Below are positions 1 to 14,310 of a DNA stretch of 64,000 nt, piece after piece. Positions within the stretch are counted from its first letter, which is position 1. Every line of letters starts with the position of its first letter. Below the pieces are notes generated by a model, which worked only from the letters and a program-made list of their open reading frames with translations, was not told the origin of the DNA and did not search any database. The stretch comes from Eledone cirrhosa. Lineage: Eukaryota. A program made the position numbers and the translations under genes. The stretch covers positions 306,280,001 through 306,344,000 of the forward strand of contig OZ024743.1 in NCBI GenBank assembly GCA_964016885.1, written 5' to 3'.

Positions 1-5
1 TATGC

Positions 6-50
<45 letters not shown>

Positions 51-538
51 AGGTATGCATGTGTGTGTATGTGTATATATAAATATGCATATGTGTGTGT
101 GTGGGTGTGAGCGCGCGCGCATGTGTCCCGACGAAGACAATCACCACTTTCTTCGGATTTTATTCTAACAACGAGATTAACAATAAACACAACCACCACA
201 ACCACAAAAACAATCGCCACCACCATTACCACTACCGAAACCACCGAAACCATCACAACCACCACCAGTAAAGCAATCAACACCACCATTACCACTACCG
301 AAACCACCACAAACACCACCATTAAAACGATCACCACGATCATAATCACTACCGAAACTACCACCGCCACCACCACCAACGCTGCCATCGCCACCGCCGC
401 CTCCGCCACCACCGCCACCACCGCCACCACCGCCACCACCACCACCACTAAAGCTGTAAGACTGGATCCAAATTTGAGCGAAGTTCTGAACGAAATTTCC
501 CAATCCATCATCAATGGTGACTATAACACACACACAGA

Positions 539-539
539 G

Positions 540-572
<33 letters not shown>

Positions 573-598
573 CATACAGATACATTCACATACACACG

Positions 599-632
<34 letters not shown>

Positions 633-762
633 CATACAGATACATTCACATACACACGTACATACATACATACATACATACATACATACATACATACATA
701 CATACATACATACAGATACATTCACATACACACGTACATACATACATACATACATACATACA

Positions 763-796
<34 letters not shown>

Positions 797-826
797 CATA
801 CAGATACATTCACATACACACGTACA

Positions 827-860
<34 letters not shown>

Positions 861-1210
861 CAGATACATTCACATACACACGTACACACGTACATACATA
901 CATACATACATACATACATACATACATACATACATACATACATACACACATACATACATACAGATACATTCACACACACACACACACGTGCATGCGTATA
1001 TACATACATACATACATGCATACATACATACATACATACATACACACACATATACATACATACACACATACAAACACATATATACATGCACATACACTCA
1101 CACACACATACACATACACACACATCTACACACATACGCACACACACATCTACACACACATACACACACACATACATACACGCACACATACACACACACA
1201 TACATACACC
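539..1210. repeat. (TACA)n / (CA)n compound microsatellite with a recurring cagatacattcacatacacacgta higher-order unit
   Basis: Read directly; it explains the HTYI/MYVC ORFs. Confidence 0.95.
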
Positions 1211-2327
1211 AACCACAAAATGAAACTCAGTTAATGCTGTTAATATATGGAACATTCTGGACGTCATAGAACCGTTGGTCACGTGGCTAGAACGTTAAAC
1301 ACACAAACGAGAGTCTGTTTTTTTTTTGTTTTTTTTTTGTTTTGTTTATCTTTTAGCTTTATTTCCTTTTGCCGGTGGTGGAGGGTGGAGGGTGGAAGAA
1401 TAAAACGAGGAATGGATGAAGTAAGGAAGGGGGAGGGGTTTCTATTTCTCTTCCACGTGACCGACCTTCTCTTCTAGCTTGTTGACACTGAATTATTCAT
1501 CTTTAATTAATTAATGTGTTTCATTAGAGACTTCGGCAGACACTGGATTGTAATGTCTTGTATCTGATTGTTAACTACACACAATGATGAACAGAGAGGG
1601 GGAGAAGGGGGAGAGGAAAAAGATGATGATGATGATGAAGAGGATAAAGATGATGATGACCATGATGTTGAAGGGGAAGGAGAAGATGATGGTGGTGGTG
1701 GTGATGATGATGATGATGACGATGACAAAGACGATGATGACGATGACGATGATAACGAAGAAGAAGAAGACAACGACGACGAAGAAGAAGAAGAAGAAGA
1801 AGAAGAAGAAGAAGAAGAAGAAGAAGAAGAAGAAGAAGAGTGCAAGAGAAAGTAGGAGAGAGACAATACGAGTGAGATGAACAAGGGAATGAAGGGAAAG
1901 CGAGGGAAGAGAGAGGAGAGGAGGAGGAGAATGACAGTTAGAAGGGCTACAGAAAGGAGAGCGGGTGAGAGAGAGAGAGATGAGCAAGAAAAATAATAGA
2001 AAGGGGGTGTGAATAACAGATAGAGAGGGGAGGCAAAGAGAAGAATGAGAGTTGGAGATGGGAAGAAAGGGGAGAAAAAAGGGGTATTTGGAAAGAGGGG
2101 AAAGAAAGAGAGAGAAAGAAGGAAAGAGAGTGACAAAGAGAAGGAAATGAAACTGATTAGCGTAATGTATTGTGTTGTATAATATCTTAGTTTATTGTAT
2201 TGTATATTAATGGAGTTAATGTTAGCATATTTAAGACAGTGAGAATTAGAAAGCAAATTAGAAATAATAAGGAAAAGACATTAATAACTATTGATTAACT
2301 GAATATTTCGTTAAATACAAGAGGCAA

Positions 2328-2368
2328 CTCCAGACATGTCTCGGTAAAATTAGACCTCTTCAGCAAAG
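2328..2368 (-). ncRNA. degenerate hammerhead ribozyme-like motif (PLE pLTR remnant)
   Basis: Minus strand ctttg-CTGAAGA-ggt ctaatttt acc-GAGA-catg-TC-tggag. GAAA is mutated to GAGA and stem I is weak. Confidence 0.4.
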
Positions 2369-3056
2369 CTTAAACTTTTCTGTACCGGTCGAAATTGTTG
2401 CTGTTATGGCTCAAACCTGTGCAGTTTCTAGCGGTTTCCTGTGAGGTCATATCTCATAAGAGGTTCAATGAGTGTTTTAATGATTGGGACCCTAATACTA
2501 TAATTTCCCTATTCTCCCTGGGTCAGGATGCGAGATTTGAATTCAGAACGCAGAGAGATGGAAACGAAACTACCAGCATACTAGAAGGAAACTGGATCAG
2601 TTCCATGTAAGATACCTCTGGAAATCCCTAGCATCTCGTAGAAGGGCAAATTACTTAACCCAGCTGTACTTGATCGATACGATATTAAAGGGATTGAAGT
2701 AGTATTCATTGGGGACCAACTCCAGTATTCAAATGGAGTCCAGCCAAATAACCAAAGTTCTCATTAACGGGATGCTTGCTAATAGCTGGCATTCACAATG
2801 ATGTTAATAAGAAAAATATTGTATTTTTTTTAAAGTATGTGATATTCCTACTGATGTGGAAGAGACAGAGGTCTGCACTTACGCGGAAACAATTGTGATC
2901 AAATCGCTACACTAGAATAAGGTGCTTTGAACGCCGCCGTATCCATCAGCTCCAGAAGCTTCATGCAGCTCGATTCACCTAACTTTATTCGTGACTAACT
3001 CTTCACGATTAACGAATAAGTTTATCCGGTCTCTCAATGCCCGTGCTGTTTGTAGG

Positions 3057-3307
3057 CAGGGCCGGCGCTACCATATAGGCAAACTAGGCAGCCCCCTAAG
3101 GCGCTGATTTCAGGGTGCGCATTTCTCCAAATCAACAAGAATTTTGAAAAATAAATAAACAAATAAATAAATTTCAGTTTTATTGAGGGTCGTTTATTAT
3201 CCTGGTTTATTTCATACAGGGACAAATAAATGTTGAAATTGATACCTTGGGGGGGGGGGGGCAGAATCTAACCTTGCCTATGGTGCAGATAGTCTGGCAC
3301 CGGCCTA
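3057..3307. mobile_element. hAT-like MITE
   Basis: Imperfect terminal inverted repeats cagggccggcgc ... gcaccggcct around an AT-rich core; no clean TSD. Confidence 0.55.
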
Positions 3308-3619
3308 TACGCAGGTAGGGTTTATCAGCCATTGTAGGCGTCGCCACAAGCAAATGCATTAACTAGAAAGAGAAAAGATGACCCTTTGGGTAAAAACGGC
3401 TCAGTCAACCGACAGTGTACTGCCCTTGTGATGCCATAACAAACTATAGTCAATTTAGTCGTAATATATTTAATGCAAAAAGCATAAAAAATCTAAATAT
3501 AAATAATTATACCATTACTAATTATATTTTGATAATTTTAGTGAGTACCCGAGATGGTTCTGGACATAATTAAGGCTTCCCAGCAAAACATTGTTGTTGT
3601 CGTGTAGTTACCTAAAGTC

Positions 3620-3897
3620 TAAAGTCTGCTCAAGCCAGGAGGATCATAAGGCCAGTGCTTATCCCGGTTTCTGTGAAACAAAGGGACTGAGAGTACAAGA
3701 CTCCTCGCTGGACACTCCATTGCAGAATTAAACCCCCAGCTGTTGCTGGTATTCACTTTCACCTGAGTATACTGGACCAACGTGAAATGAAGTGTTTTGC
3801 TCAAGAACACAAAACAACGCACAACCCATCGTAGGAATCGAACCCACAACATTATGATCGTAAGTTCAACACCCTTACCACTATTCAACGTGCCTAC
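3620..3897 (-). mobile_element. tRNA-derived SINE (CORE-like family 2)
   Basis: B-box GGTTCGATTCC on minus strand, then tgttcttgagcaaaacacttcatttcacgttg CORE-like block; homologous to 6745-6990 and 24990-25215. Confidence 0.75.
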
Positions 3898-4821
3898 ACT
3901 AAGTAATAAGAAAGTGTTGTGTAGGGGTGTCGTTTTTTAACTTCGATCGTGAATATCTACGACGAAAGTCATACAAGTTATGTTTCTTTTGCATATCAAG
4001 AATGATATTATACAATGTCTCCTGTTACTTTTAAGACGGCAGGATATAAGATTTGATAAAGATTTAACTACTAATTTTAGCATGTTGAACAACCATAGTG
4101 GCTCTTTCAGTGGCATGTTAATGTCGTGCATTGTAGTGTAGCGTAATGAAATAAATTGTAACGTAGTGTCATATTGTTATTCATATTGTGTAATCCCGTC
4201 ATCTCTGCTTGAACAGGTCTATGATAAGGTAGATAACTAATATATCGCCTAGCAGAATCCAATCGCCATTTTAACAATCGAGAGTAACACTGGTGTTGTG
4301 GGGGTATACTGACTTATGATTTGGGTTTAAACACGCATGGTTCCTTGTCACCCATTCATTTGTTTTATACATTGGAAACAAGACACTGATTTATTATCGT
4401 TAGAGATTTTTTAATTAACTTCCAGTACATAGAAAATATATATATTTTATCAAATTCAGGAGAATAGAGGGAAAAGATGACATTCGACGAGATTTCAACT
4501 CTAAATATAAGGTGGGCAAGGGAGATAATTGCAGAGATGTATATCCAAACATTGAAACTAATGTTTAATGTTGAATCTGAAGCATGAAACAAAATATAAG
4601 AAGAGATAAAGAGGACGATGATGATGATAAAATGAGAAAAGAATGAGAAGCATCGATAGATTTTGCTGGAGGATTTTGTATACAGTTTACTAGATCAGAG
4701 GATGTACACAATTGTATTACTGGTGGAAGACGTAAAGAGAAGAAACAGGGCGTCTGAGGTTCTGTGTTGAGTGAATCATTGTTAATCAAATGAATCCTCT
4801 TACACACACACACACACACAG

Positions 4822-4908
<87 letters not shown>

Positions 4909-4918
4909 CATACATACA

Positions 4919-4954
<36 letters not shown>

Positions 4955-5147
4955 TATATTTTGTTTGTTTACCCTAGCGTCCCCTTTATTTACGTGTCCC
5001 AACGACTTTTTTTTAGCCGTTGCTCGCACCAACCTGAGGTATATGGCCTTTAATGCGACGAAATACCTACGACGGTTGGATGGCCACTGATGAGGACAAA
5101 CTTTTTCATATGTAACCCATTTGCAGCGCCGCAGCTCCATTATTATC

Positions 5148-5199
<52 letters not shown>

Positions 5200-5262
5200 G
5201 ATTGAGTTTGCATACTAAATCATATACAAAATGTAAATAAACATGTTTATAGCTTGTATATT

Positions 5263-5316
<54 letters not shown>

Positions 5317-5320
5317 ATCT

Positions 5321-5404
5321 CCTTTGTATATATTCCATTGAAGAAATATATTTTACCATTAATCGGTGAATCATAAATGTCAAAACTTGGATCTTCGGCA
5401 AAGG
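5321..5404 (-). ncRNA. degenerate hammerhead motif next to (TA)n
   Basis: cctttg-CCGAAGA-long stem II-GGAA-tata-TA-caaagg. Perfect 6-bp stem I, two core substitutions. Confidence 0.45.
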
Positions 5405-5687
5405 GGAAAATTTTACTATCAATAATTAAACACTCGATGTAAAGCAGGGGATAACGGTGTAAAACCCATATGTGGTTTAAAAAAACACACATCGCTCCGC
5501 CGTCACGCCAGTGGCGTGAATAGGTTTATCGACAGCTAGAAATAACAGCCGATTACTTTCAATATAATAAGCTCTACTAATGAACCTAGCGGCCGTAAAT
5601 AGTACCAAAATTATATTAAGGATGTCATGTCTCAGAATATCAGAATCATGCGCCATACCACCTGTGGAATATGATTAAAGATTACAA

Positions 5688-5790
<103 letters not shown>

Positions 5791-5851
5791 ATAGGCAGGA
5801 AGCGAAATATTGACTTACTGTGAGATTAGCAACCTTATAGTATGGAAATAA

Positions 5852-5931
5852 GCTGTCTGAAGATCTAATTCTCTCCATTGGAAATTCTCTGGATTTCCAA
5901 TCTTTGGATTGGTGAAACCATCGGTAACAGC
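5852..5931 (+). ncRNA. type I hammerhead ribozyme (family F) in a ~220-bp solo element between two (TA)n tracts (5788-6007)
   Basis: gctgt-CTGAAGA-[tctaatt..attggaaat/atttccaat..ggattggt]-GAAA-cc atc gg-TA-acagc; all three stems pair. Confidence 0.85.
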
Positions 5932-6004
5932 AATAGAACAGGCGATTATTTAAATCGTTTTTTTAATTTATTTAGAGAATTGTTTGATAATTGCTTGCTC
6001 CGCT

Positions 6005-6056
<52 letters not shown>

Positions 6057-6744
6057 ATACTTGGGGAGGGTCATATTGTTGTAATAATATTGCCAGCAAT
6101 AATAACAGAACGAACACACTCATTTATTGGTTGGTTTTATGTATATATACGCATTAATACTCTACTCAATTAAGGAAGGACTTTTAACCCGAGAAGAACT
6201 TAATGCAGAATTGATCGGAATATCCTATCGAAGCAAAGCGTATTTTGTTATTGCAGGAAGGTTGTATTTTATTACATGCCATTGAGTATTGACAAACTAA
6301 AGAGTCAGATATATAATGTTGAACATTTGAAAAGCAAATGTGACAATGTTTCGTAGTTAATCCGTAGTTTCACAATCAGTTTTGGTGATTGGTTTTGCAA
6401 AACCCCATCACCAAACGAAAGATATCAGCCCGACTAATGCTTGATAACCACATATTATCAGAGAATAGGTAGCACCTTCAATAAACAACAAAGCTATGTC
6501 AGAATCGCCTACGAGAACTCAGAAAGAGTTGTTTGGCAAACAAACGCTGTTACTAAAGAGATGTTTGATTCTACCTGTTCGACGTTCAAGTCCCAGATGT
6601 TCAAGTCCCATAGATGTACCGCAAGAGATGTTCAAGTCCCACTGGAAGCATATCAGTGGAAAATGTTGGCCAGTTTCCTATTTTGATTCTATTGTGTGAA
6701 AAAAGACATCAATAATGGAATTAAGGCTGACCAAAATACAAATG

Positions 6745-6990
6745 TGTGGTAGGGTATTGAACATATGATTATAATGTCTTGGCTTTGATTTCAGGACCAG
6801 ATTATGTTGTGTTTATGAACAAAAACTCTTCATTTCATGCTGCTCCAGTATAGTCAGTTGAAAATGAGTACCAGCAGTAGATGGAATGGTCACCTGTTCA
6901 GGGTGGGGGTCTTGTACTCTCAGTCACTGAACACCAAGGAAACCGGGATAAACACCGGCCTAATGAGCTTTCCGAGCTTGAGACAGGCTT
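6745..6990 (+). mobile_element. tRNA-derived SINE (family 2), diverged
   Basis: cttcatttcatgctgctccagt...gaaaccgggataaacaccggcctaatgagc matches the 3620-3897 copy. Confidence 0.65.
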
Positions 6991-7607
6991 GTACACTGAA
7001 ACTTGGAACATCACTGTATTACAATCAAAACGAAAGTCATGATCAGTTGTATTATCAACTATCCTTTGCACGTGTGTAACTTGAACCCGATACCGTCGAT
7101 ATTTAAGAATGTTAGAGAGTTTCAAACGAACGAAGCTGCGCTTCAGCCTCCACATTTACGGCAAAGATCATTTTAAAACGAGATTCTCTTCAAGAGTGTT
7201 CTTCCCTTCTTTGAGGCTATGATACTACGCCATCGACTGCGTCAGGCAGGACATATTCCAATAATGGGCCCTATAAGTTTACCACGGATCATCCTCTATG
7301 TAGAACTTGCTAACCGTACACCGAAGTGTACATCTAAATTCCGGGGAGATGTCAAAGAAGAGTTGGGCCCCGGTCGTCATGATTTTACCATGAGCTGATT
7401 GATATTGAATCAATTGTAATATGTCAATAAAGTTTCTACATATGTTGCAACACTAACTTCGATTCTTCTTACTTTATTTACACTCTGCTCACTACAACCG
7501 GCTTAACTTTAGAATACAACCCAAAAAGAAACGGACACCGTAAGAGCATGAGGGCTTCGAACGGCGCGTTGCCTGTAACTGTAGTTACACATTTAACACA
7601 CACACAC

Positions 7608-7780
<173 letters not shown>

Positions 7781-7895
7781 TAAACGGAATAGAAAATACT
7801 GACAAATTGTTCACAGTTGAAAAATGGTTTAATTAGGAATAAAAGAGTATTAGTAATTGTATGGGTTAGTATTCAGTGGTCGTTTTAAGTTTTTA

Positions 7896-8137
7896 AGTTT
7901 TTACCGGTTGCGCATTTCTAAATGCTTTTCAAAAATAATTTTAAGATAGAGTGTCCGTGTTGTTTGCTCTGATCTGATTAGAGCAAACATCACGGACACT
8001 CTATCTCAAAATTATTTTTGAAAAGCATTTAGAAATGCGCAACCGGTAAAAACTACTCCTCCAAAAACTTGTCGAGTGCTTTATATCAGTTATAAAATAT
8101 TTACTTGTTGTATCCCAACAATTCTAAATAGAACTTT

Positions 8138-8141
<4 letters not shown>
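7896..8141 (+). mobile_element. fold-back (palindromic) non-autonomous element plus 3' tail, ending in (TA)n
   Basis: Inverted arms 7896-7970 / 7980-8054. Tail ctccaaaaacttgtcgagtgc...aacttttgca is near-identical to 46240-46322. Only a degenerate HHR (CTGATTA...GAAA). Confidence 0.8.
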
Positions 8142-8225
<84 letters not shown>

Positions 8226-8662
8226 GCCGCACTCTACAGAAAACAGGTCCAAGCAGCGCAGTCCCTTGACTCCCATTTTCATGAGAATGTATATATATAT
8301 ATATATATAATAGGGTTTAAGATCTCTCCGGCGTGTATAGTTAATGGAATTGTATGTGTGTACGTGTCGATATGTGCGTGACAGTATTTGTGTATGTATG
8401 TATGTATATATGTATATATGTATATATGTATGTATGTGTAGATATATGTGTGTGTCTATGTATGTTGTATTTTTATGTAACTGATGGATGTTCATTGTTT
8501 TGTTAGCATATAGAAGTATATTTATTGGAAGCTATATATTATATGCTAATGTATTTGTTGGCATGATTGTGTGTGTATGTATATATGTATGCATGTATAT
8601 GTATGTCACATTTTCTCATTCTCACTCCCTCTCTCTTTCTCTGTATATATATATATATATAC

Positions 8663-8709
<47 letters not shown>

Positions 8710-8800
8710 AGAGAGAGAGAGAACAACAGATAGTTGGTGATAGACGGTGGAGTGAGGCGATCAATAGTTATGTGTGTATATAAGGAATGCGTGTGTGTAT

Positions 8801-8888
<88 letters not shown>

Positions 8889-9028
8889 ATGTATGTATGT
8901 CTATATATATATATAAATATACATACATGTACATATGTACATATATATATACACACACACACACACATATATGTATATATATATATATAAATATATATAT
9001 ATACATATATATACATGTATATATATAC

Positions 9029-9059
<31 letters not shown>

Positions 9060-9078
9060 CATGTATATATATATATAA

Positions 9079-9142
<64 letters not shown>

Positions 9143-9147
<5 letters not shown>

Positions 9148-9341
9148 AACCAGTAAGACCCCGACAGCTGAGCTCAAGCCGTTTCGACGGCTAATTCTGG
9201 ACTCAGTCCAGAATTAGCCGTCGAAACGGCTTGAGCTCAGCTGTCGGGGTCTTACTGGTTCCTATTACCCACTCTACTACCTCAAGTATTGAGTACTTTG
9301 GTGCGTTATGGTCCACCTGGTTCCTTACCACATTTCCTTCG

Positions 9342-9343
<2 letters not shown>
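9143..9343 (+). mobile_element. family A fold-back pLTR-like element in (TA)n
   Basis: Palindrome 9143-9264 centred on gactcagtc, followed by a tail shared with 30945, 31950 and 41766; carries the 3' half of an HHR (GAAA-cggc..gctg-TC-gggg). Confidence 0.85.
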
Positions 9344-9385
<42 letters not shown>

Positions 9386-9824
9386 TAACTATTGGCACAC
9401 TGTATGGAAAACTATGTGTGTGTGTGTGTGTATGTGTGTGTATGTGTGTCCGCTTTCGTGTTCATAACATATTTCTCTACTTCCTCTCACACGTGCAAGC
9501 TTATATTATAATAGATATGCATGAAGAGGAATAACAATAAGCGACATCCAACTGGAATAGAAGAATAAAGCTGATACAAACTAGCGAACACGGATCCAAG
9601 GAGAGTCCCAGACGTAACCACTGGAGGATATGTGTGGAAACATGCGCAAGAACACATATGCATACAAACATGCACTCAGTTACATACTCACGTACTCATA
9701 CATATAATTGAGTCATTAAATATGTGTATACATAAACTTACCGATGTATACATACACACACATGTATATATACATATATATATATATATATGTATGTGTA
9801 TATATATATATATATATATATACA

Positions 9825-9917
<93 letters not shown>

Positions 9918-10100
9918 TTGTCTGATGACCCTGTGTTAAATAGGCAAATCTCCAGAACAACAAAACTCACTATTTAGCCTTAATAAAACAGAATATTAAA
10001 AGTGTACTTCGGTATTGAGTACTCTTTTCTCTCAGATGCCGACCACATGTGGATATATAAATATATATACTTATATATACATATATATATGTTAGAGAAA

Positions 10101-10310
<210 letters not shown>

Positions 10311-10394
10311 GTAGGAGGTGAGTTTTATTGTAGAACAATAAAACTATGCATATATCAGATAAATAGTACTCAACAATTAATAGAACTGGAGTAT

Positions 10395-10866
10395 ATATAG
10401 AAGAAATTAAAAGATGGTTTAAAAAGTTCCATATATTTTATTATGCGCATTTCAAAAACAAATATCATCATGGGACGATAATTGCGTTCTCATCAGATAA
10501 AATAAGGTAACATGATATGATGCCTAAAAACTCTTGTGAACAAGAAAGTGTCCAGTCAACATATATTGACTGGGCCCGACACTTTCTTGTTCACAAGAGT
10601 TTTTAGGCATCATATCATGTTACCTTATTTTATCTGATGAGAACGCAATTATCGTCCCAGTATGATATTTGTTTTTGAAATGCGCATAATAAAATATATG
10701 GAACTTTTTTAACCATCTTTTAATTTCTTATATATATATATTAAACGTAATGTTATAACTCTAAGGTAAAATTCATTATTGAGTGCTTTTGTCTGCACTT
10801 ACCGACAGCATTCGTTAGCTAGCCCGCAACCAGAGCTTCGACTATGCTGTACTACCTTCTTGTATT
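10395..10866 (+). mobile_element. family C fold-back element with two hammerheads (10434-10504 minus, 10626-10696 plus)
   Basis: About 150-bp inverted arms around a small inner hairpin (ccagtcaacatatattgactgg). HHR reads tattttat-CTGATGA-stem II-GAAA-tgcgca-TA-ataaaata. Confidence 0.88.
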
Positions 10867-10875
10867 ATATATATA

Positions 10876-11516
10876 CGAGGTGTGTCAGAAAAGTTCTAGG
10901 GCTGATGTCACAAAAGATTTATTTCAAAGAGTTTTTTCCTTCAAAGTAATCCCCCTGGAATCTAATGCACTTTTCCATCCTTTTCTGCCACGCTTGCATG
11001 GACTCCTGGAAGGATTCTTCGGGGATCCTCCGCAGTTCCGTCGTCACGGCCTTTTTGATGTCGTCCACGTCTTCAAAACGGGTCCCCTCCGAGTCGTACT
11101 CAAAGATCCACGACTCATCACCGGTGATGCCTGACGCGCTCAACGTTGACCTCAGTCCTGGTTTTTGAGGGCCTTCCGCTCCTGGGGTCATCTTGCACCA
11201 CTCAAAAATTCCTGAGCGTGACATCGTCTCATCTCCATACACTTGCTGCAGCAATCCCAGTGCTTCTGATGGAGTTTTCCCCAACCATACCAGAAACTTC
11301 AAGTTTGTTCGTTGCTCTGTGCTCATTGCTTGACGACCTGAAACAGAGGACATGTATATAAAATCATGAAGAAAAAAGTTTGATCGCTGCAGAGAGCTAA
11401 GATTACAGTTACATACTCCAGGGGGATTACTTTGAAGGAGAAAACTCTTAGTGTGAAGTTTGGGTTTGAAATAAATGTTTTTGACATCAGTCCTGGAACT
11501 TTTCTGACACACCTCG
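10876..11516 (-). mobile_element. internally deleted mariner (Tc1/mariner) transposon
   Basis: TIRs cgaggtgtgtcagaaaagtt, TA flanks. Transposase pieces EQRTNLKFLVWLGKTPSEA..YGDETMSRSGIFEW, ITGDESW and EKCIRFQGDYFEG are fused by deletions; no intact DD34D. Confidence 0.93.
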
Positions 11517-12644
11517 TATATATATATGTATAATATGAAGTTGACGGGACTAGCATAAGTTTCCCTGCTAGTACCGGTTTCATCTCAGCGTACCTCAATA
11601 GATAAAGTTATGTAAAAATCCCAGAGTAGACACAATATATATACATAACTGTGTGTGTGTGTGTACACACTCTGCTATAGCATATAGTGCTAATATTTGA
11701 ACCCTCCATAGTAAACAACAGATCTACTGAATCGCCTAATATATATATGTGTGTTTGTGAGTGTGCGTGTGTAGTGTGTGTATATATATGTATGTATATT
11801 ATACATGTATGTTTATATGGGGTTAGCGGGGTATAACCATGCTTCAGGCCCAGAGGGAGCATTTCAGCTTTGGTCAGCAATCTTTCTAGAGGTGGAGCAT
11901 AATTCTAGTTTTTATTTATTTATTATAATTTGGAGAATTATATTCTATTTTAAAACCTGAAGTCGAAATTGTACCAGCAATCATACTAATTCTTATCACT
12001 GGAGTTTACTATGTAGACTGAGAGATTGGCAGATTTATTCTATAAATCAGATCTGTCAACACCCTCCCCGCCGGACTGGGAGATCTACCACCCACTTTGG
12101 AGTGGGTGAGAGATGTTTTCCCTAGTGAAAATAGGTATTGCTTTCATTATGTAAAATTTCCCCATTTTAACTCGTTTCTCCACGTTTTGGGGGCACTTTT
12201 ACATGGTACTCCCCGTTTGTGTTCTTAGAATTTGGCATGTCTGTATAAATATTTGTCATTGAAATCCAAAGACGTACAGATGTCTCTTTATCACATCTTA
12301 GTATTTTTATATTCCTGCAAAGTCCAATGGCGATAGCGGCGTGGCGACATGTGCAATTACAAATCTTTACATATAGTGGCTAAAGTCTTATCCTAACATG
12401 GCTGACAGGTCTTCATGGACAGAGATTATTTTCAATGGAGACCTTTGTATATGAGCAGCACTACTTAGAATAAATGTTACTTGTGACATTTACATGACAT
12501 TTACTATGTTGCTAAAGCTTAAATAGATTTATTCCATATAACACCACTATATAAATGAAACCTAAGGGTCAGTCCACATGATGAAGCCGGTGCACCAGCC
12601 TGTCTAAAGTCATGTTGCACTAAATAGCATCCCATATGTTTTGA

Positions 12645-12761
12645 TGGACTGGACGTCTACAAAGAACGAGGACTGGACGTCTATAAAGAAACGAGGAGTG
12701 GACGTCTACAAAGAAACGAGGAGTGGACGTCTACAAAGGATCGAGGAATGGACATCTACAA
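12645..12761 (+). repeat. ~25-bp tandem repeat (gaggagtggacgtctacaaagaaac), about 5 copies
   Basis: Read directly. Confidence 0.85.
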
Positions 12762-12899
12762 GTCGCATAGGTCGCTTCGTGTTCCTCGATCACAGTAGGT
12801 TCAGTTGTGTTGTGGTGACTCCTGTTGATGAGGACGCAGCAGCAGTCAGCAACTAAAAGAAAACTTGGCAGGACCTGTGGGACTGGAGACCGGAGACCG

Positions 12900-14310
12900 A
12901 GGCCTCCAAATCTAACGGGTAATATGGCCTGTTGTCATCCGATGTCATCAAACCGGACGTTGCATATCTCGTCAGCAAACTTGTCGGATGCAGACGTCAT
13001 GATCCGTGAGGAGAAATGTTTGGCTCTGGCAGAGGACACTGCGCAAGGTTTATAAGAGCTTCGACATGGCGAAACATATCCTTAACAACAAAAGTGCCGT
13101 TGGCTTCCAATAGGCTCGGTCTGATCTTGAGAGTTTCGAGCTGGTGAATCCTAAACCTGAGGGTGGAATGAATCGCAAGCGAGAGGATCGGCGAACTGAG
13201 GATAGGGACGTCTTCTTTAGAGGTCACTTGCACCTGATGGAGTAATGATCGCATGTATGAGTGGAAACTACGAAGCCCTCTACATCGAAATTGATTTTTA
13301 AAATCCCCGGCATGGACGAGTTGATCTCGAGGCCGATCACCGGCGGAGTGGGAGCCACTGATTCGAGATCGTAGCAGACACTCTCTGCAGTGGTTGTGGT
13401 AGTGGGGCTTATGGTGGGGTAGGGCATTAGTGAAAAGAAGAGCCTCAAGAAATGCGAGAGGGACATGACAATGTACAGATCGGAGGTGACGACCCTGAAA
13501 AACACAGATGGAGTACCGGTCAGCGACAAGAGTGAGGTGGAAAAGGTTTTCGAAGACTTCTACACCAAGCTCTTCAAGTCTGCCGGGAATGTGCAGCCGT
13601 TGCCGTCACTCCAACAGGAAGAAAATGTGCTACCCATCCTTGTCGGTGAGGGCGAAAGAGCCGTCGGCTTGATGAAAAGCGGAAAGGCGCCAGGGAAAGA
13701 CGGCATAACATCAAAGGTGTTGAAGTCAGGCGGAGAGCAGCTCTGGAAAATCCTCGCCGAGCGATTCACACGCTATCTGGACGAGGGAAGAATACCCTCG
13801 CAGTGGAAAGAGTCGAATACCATCCTGCTATACAAGAAGGGCGATAGAGAAGATCTGAAGAACTACCGACCCATATGCCTGCTGTCTCACGTGTACAAGC
13901 TGTTCACGAAGATGATCCTGAACAGGTTATCACGTCACCTGGACGAACAGCAACTGAGAGAGCAAGCCGGCTTCCGGAAAAACTAAAGTACGATGGACCA
14001 CATATTTACTCTGACACAACTGCTTGAGCGGGTAAAAGAGTACAAGATGCCTCTTTGCGTCGCGTTCGTAGACTACGAGAAGGCCTTCGACAGCGTCAAA
14101 ATCAACGCAGTGCTGAACTCGATGCAGAGGCAAGTAGTCGAGGCGCAATACGTTCAACTGCTCAGGGAGGCGGGTTCCGGATGCACCACCGACATAACTA
14201 CCATGAACACCACTACCATCACCACCACCTCCCATATCACCACCACCGCTACCACCACCAACGGCATTACCGCAACCCATGTCAGCTGTTTACAGCTTTG
14301 GTGAATAGGG
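12900..14310 (+). pseudogene. RTE-clade LINE fragment (degenerate APE remnants plus RT N-terminal half)
   Basis: KSGKAPGKDGI, WKESNTILLYKKGDREDLKNYRPICLLS, EQAGFR*STMDHIF, FVDYEKAFDSV; stop at 13984-13986; runs into a (CAC)n tract. The 5' boundary is uncertain. Confidence 0.9.

Noticed and set aside
5028-5100. CTGATGAGGAC and a nearby GAAA in a TA-flanked insert as a permuted hammerhead
   Set aside because: Stem II and GAAA cannot be placed in a consistent order.
7060-7470. RTE 3' remnant on the minus strand
   Set aside because: Only faint similarity with several stops; not supportable without alignment.
9917-9950. atttgt-CTGATGA...gcaaat hammerhead
   Set aside because: GAAA and stem II are missing, so it is not counted as intact, though the downstream gtattgagtac tail suggests a pLTR remnant.
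12645-12761. Short direct repeats resembling a CRISPR array (also 60870-61045, 61665-61745)
   Set aside because: Head-to-tail minisatellites with no unique spacers and no cas genes, in a eukaryotic context.
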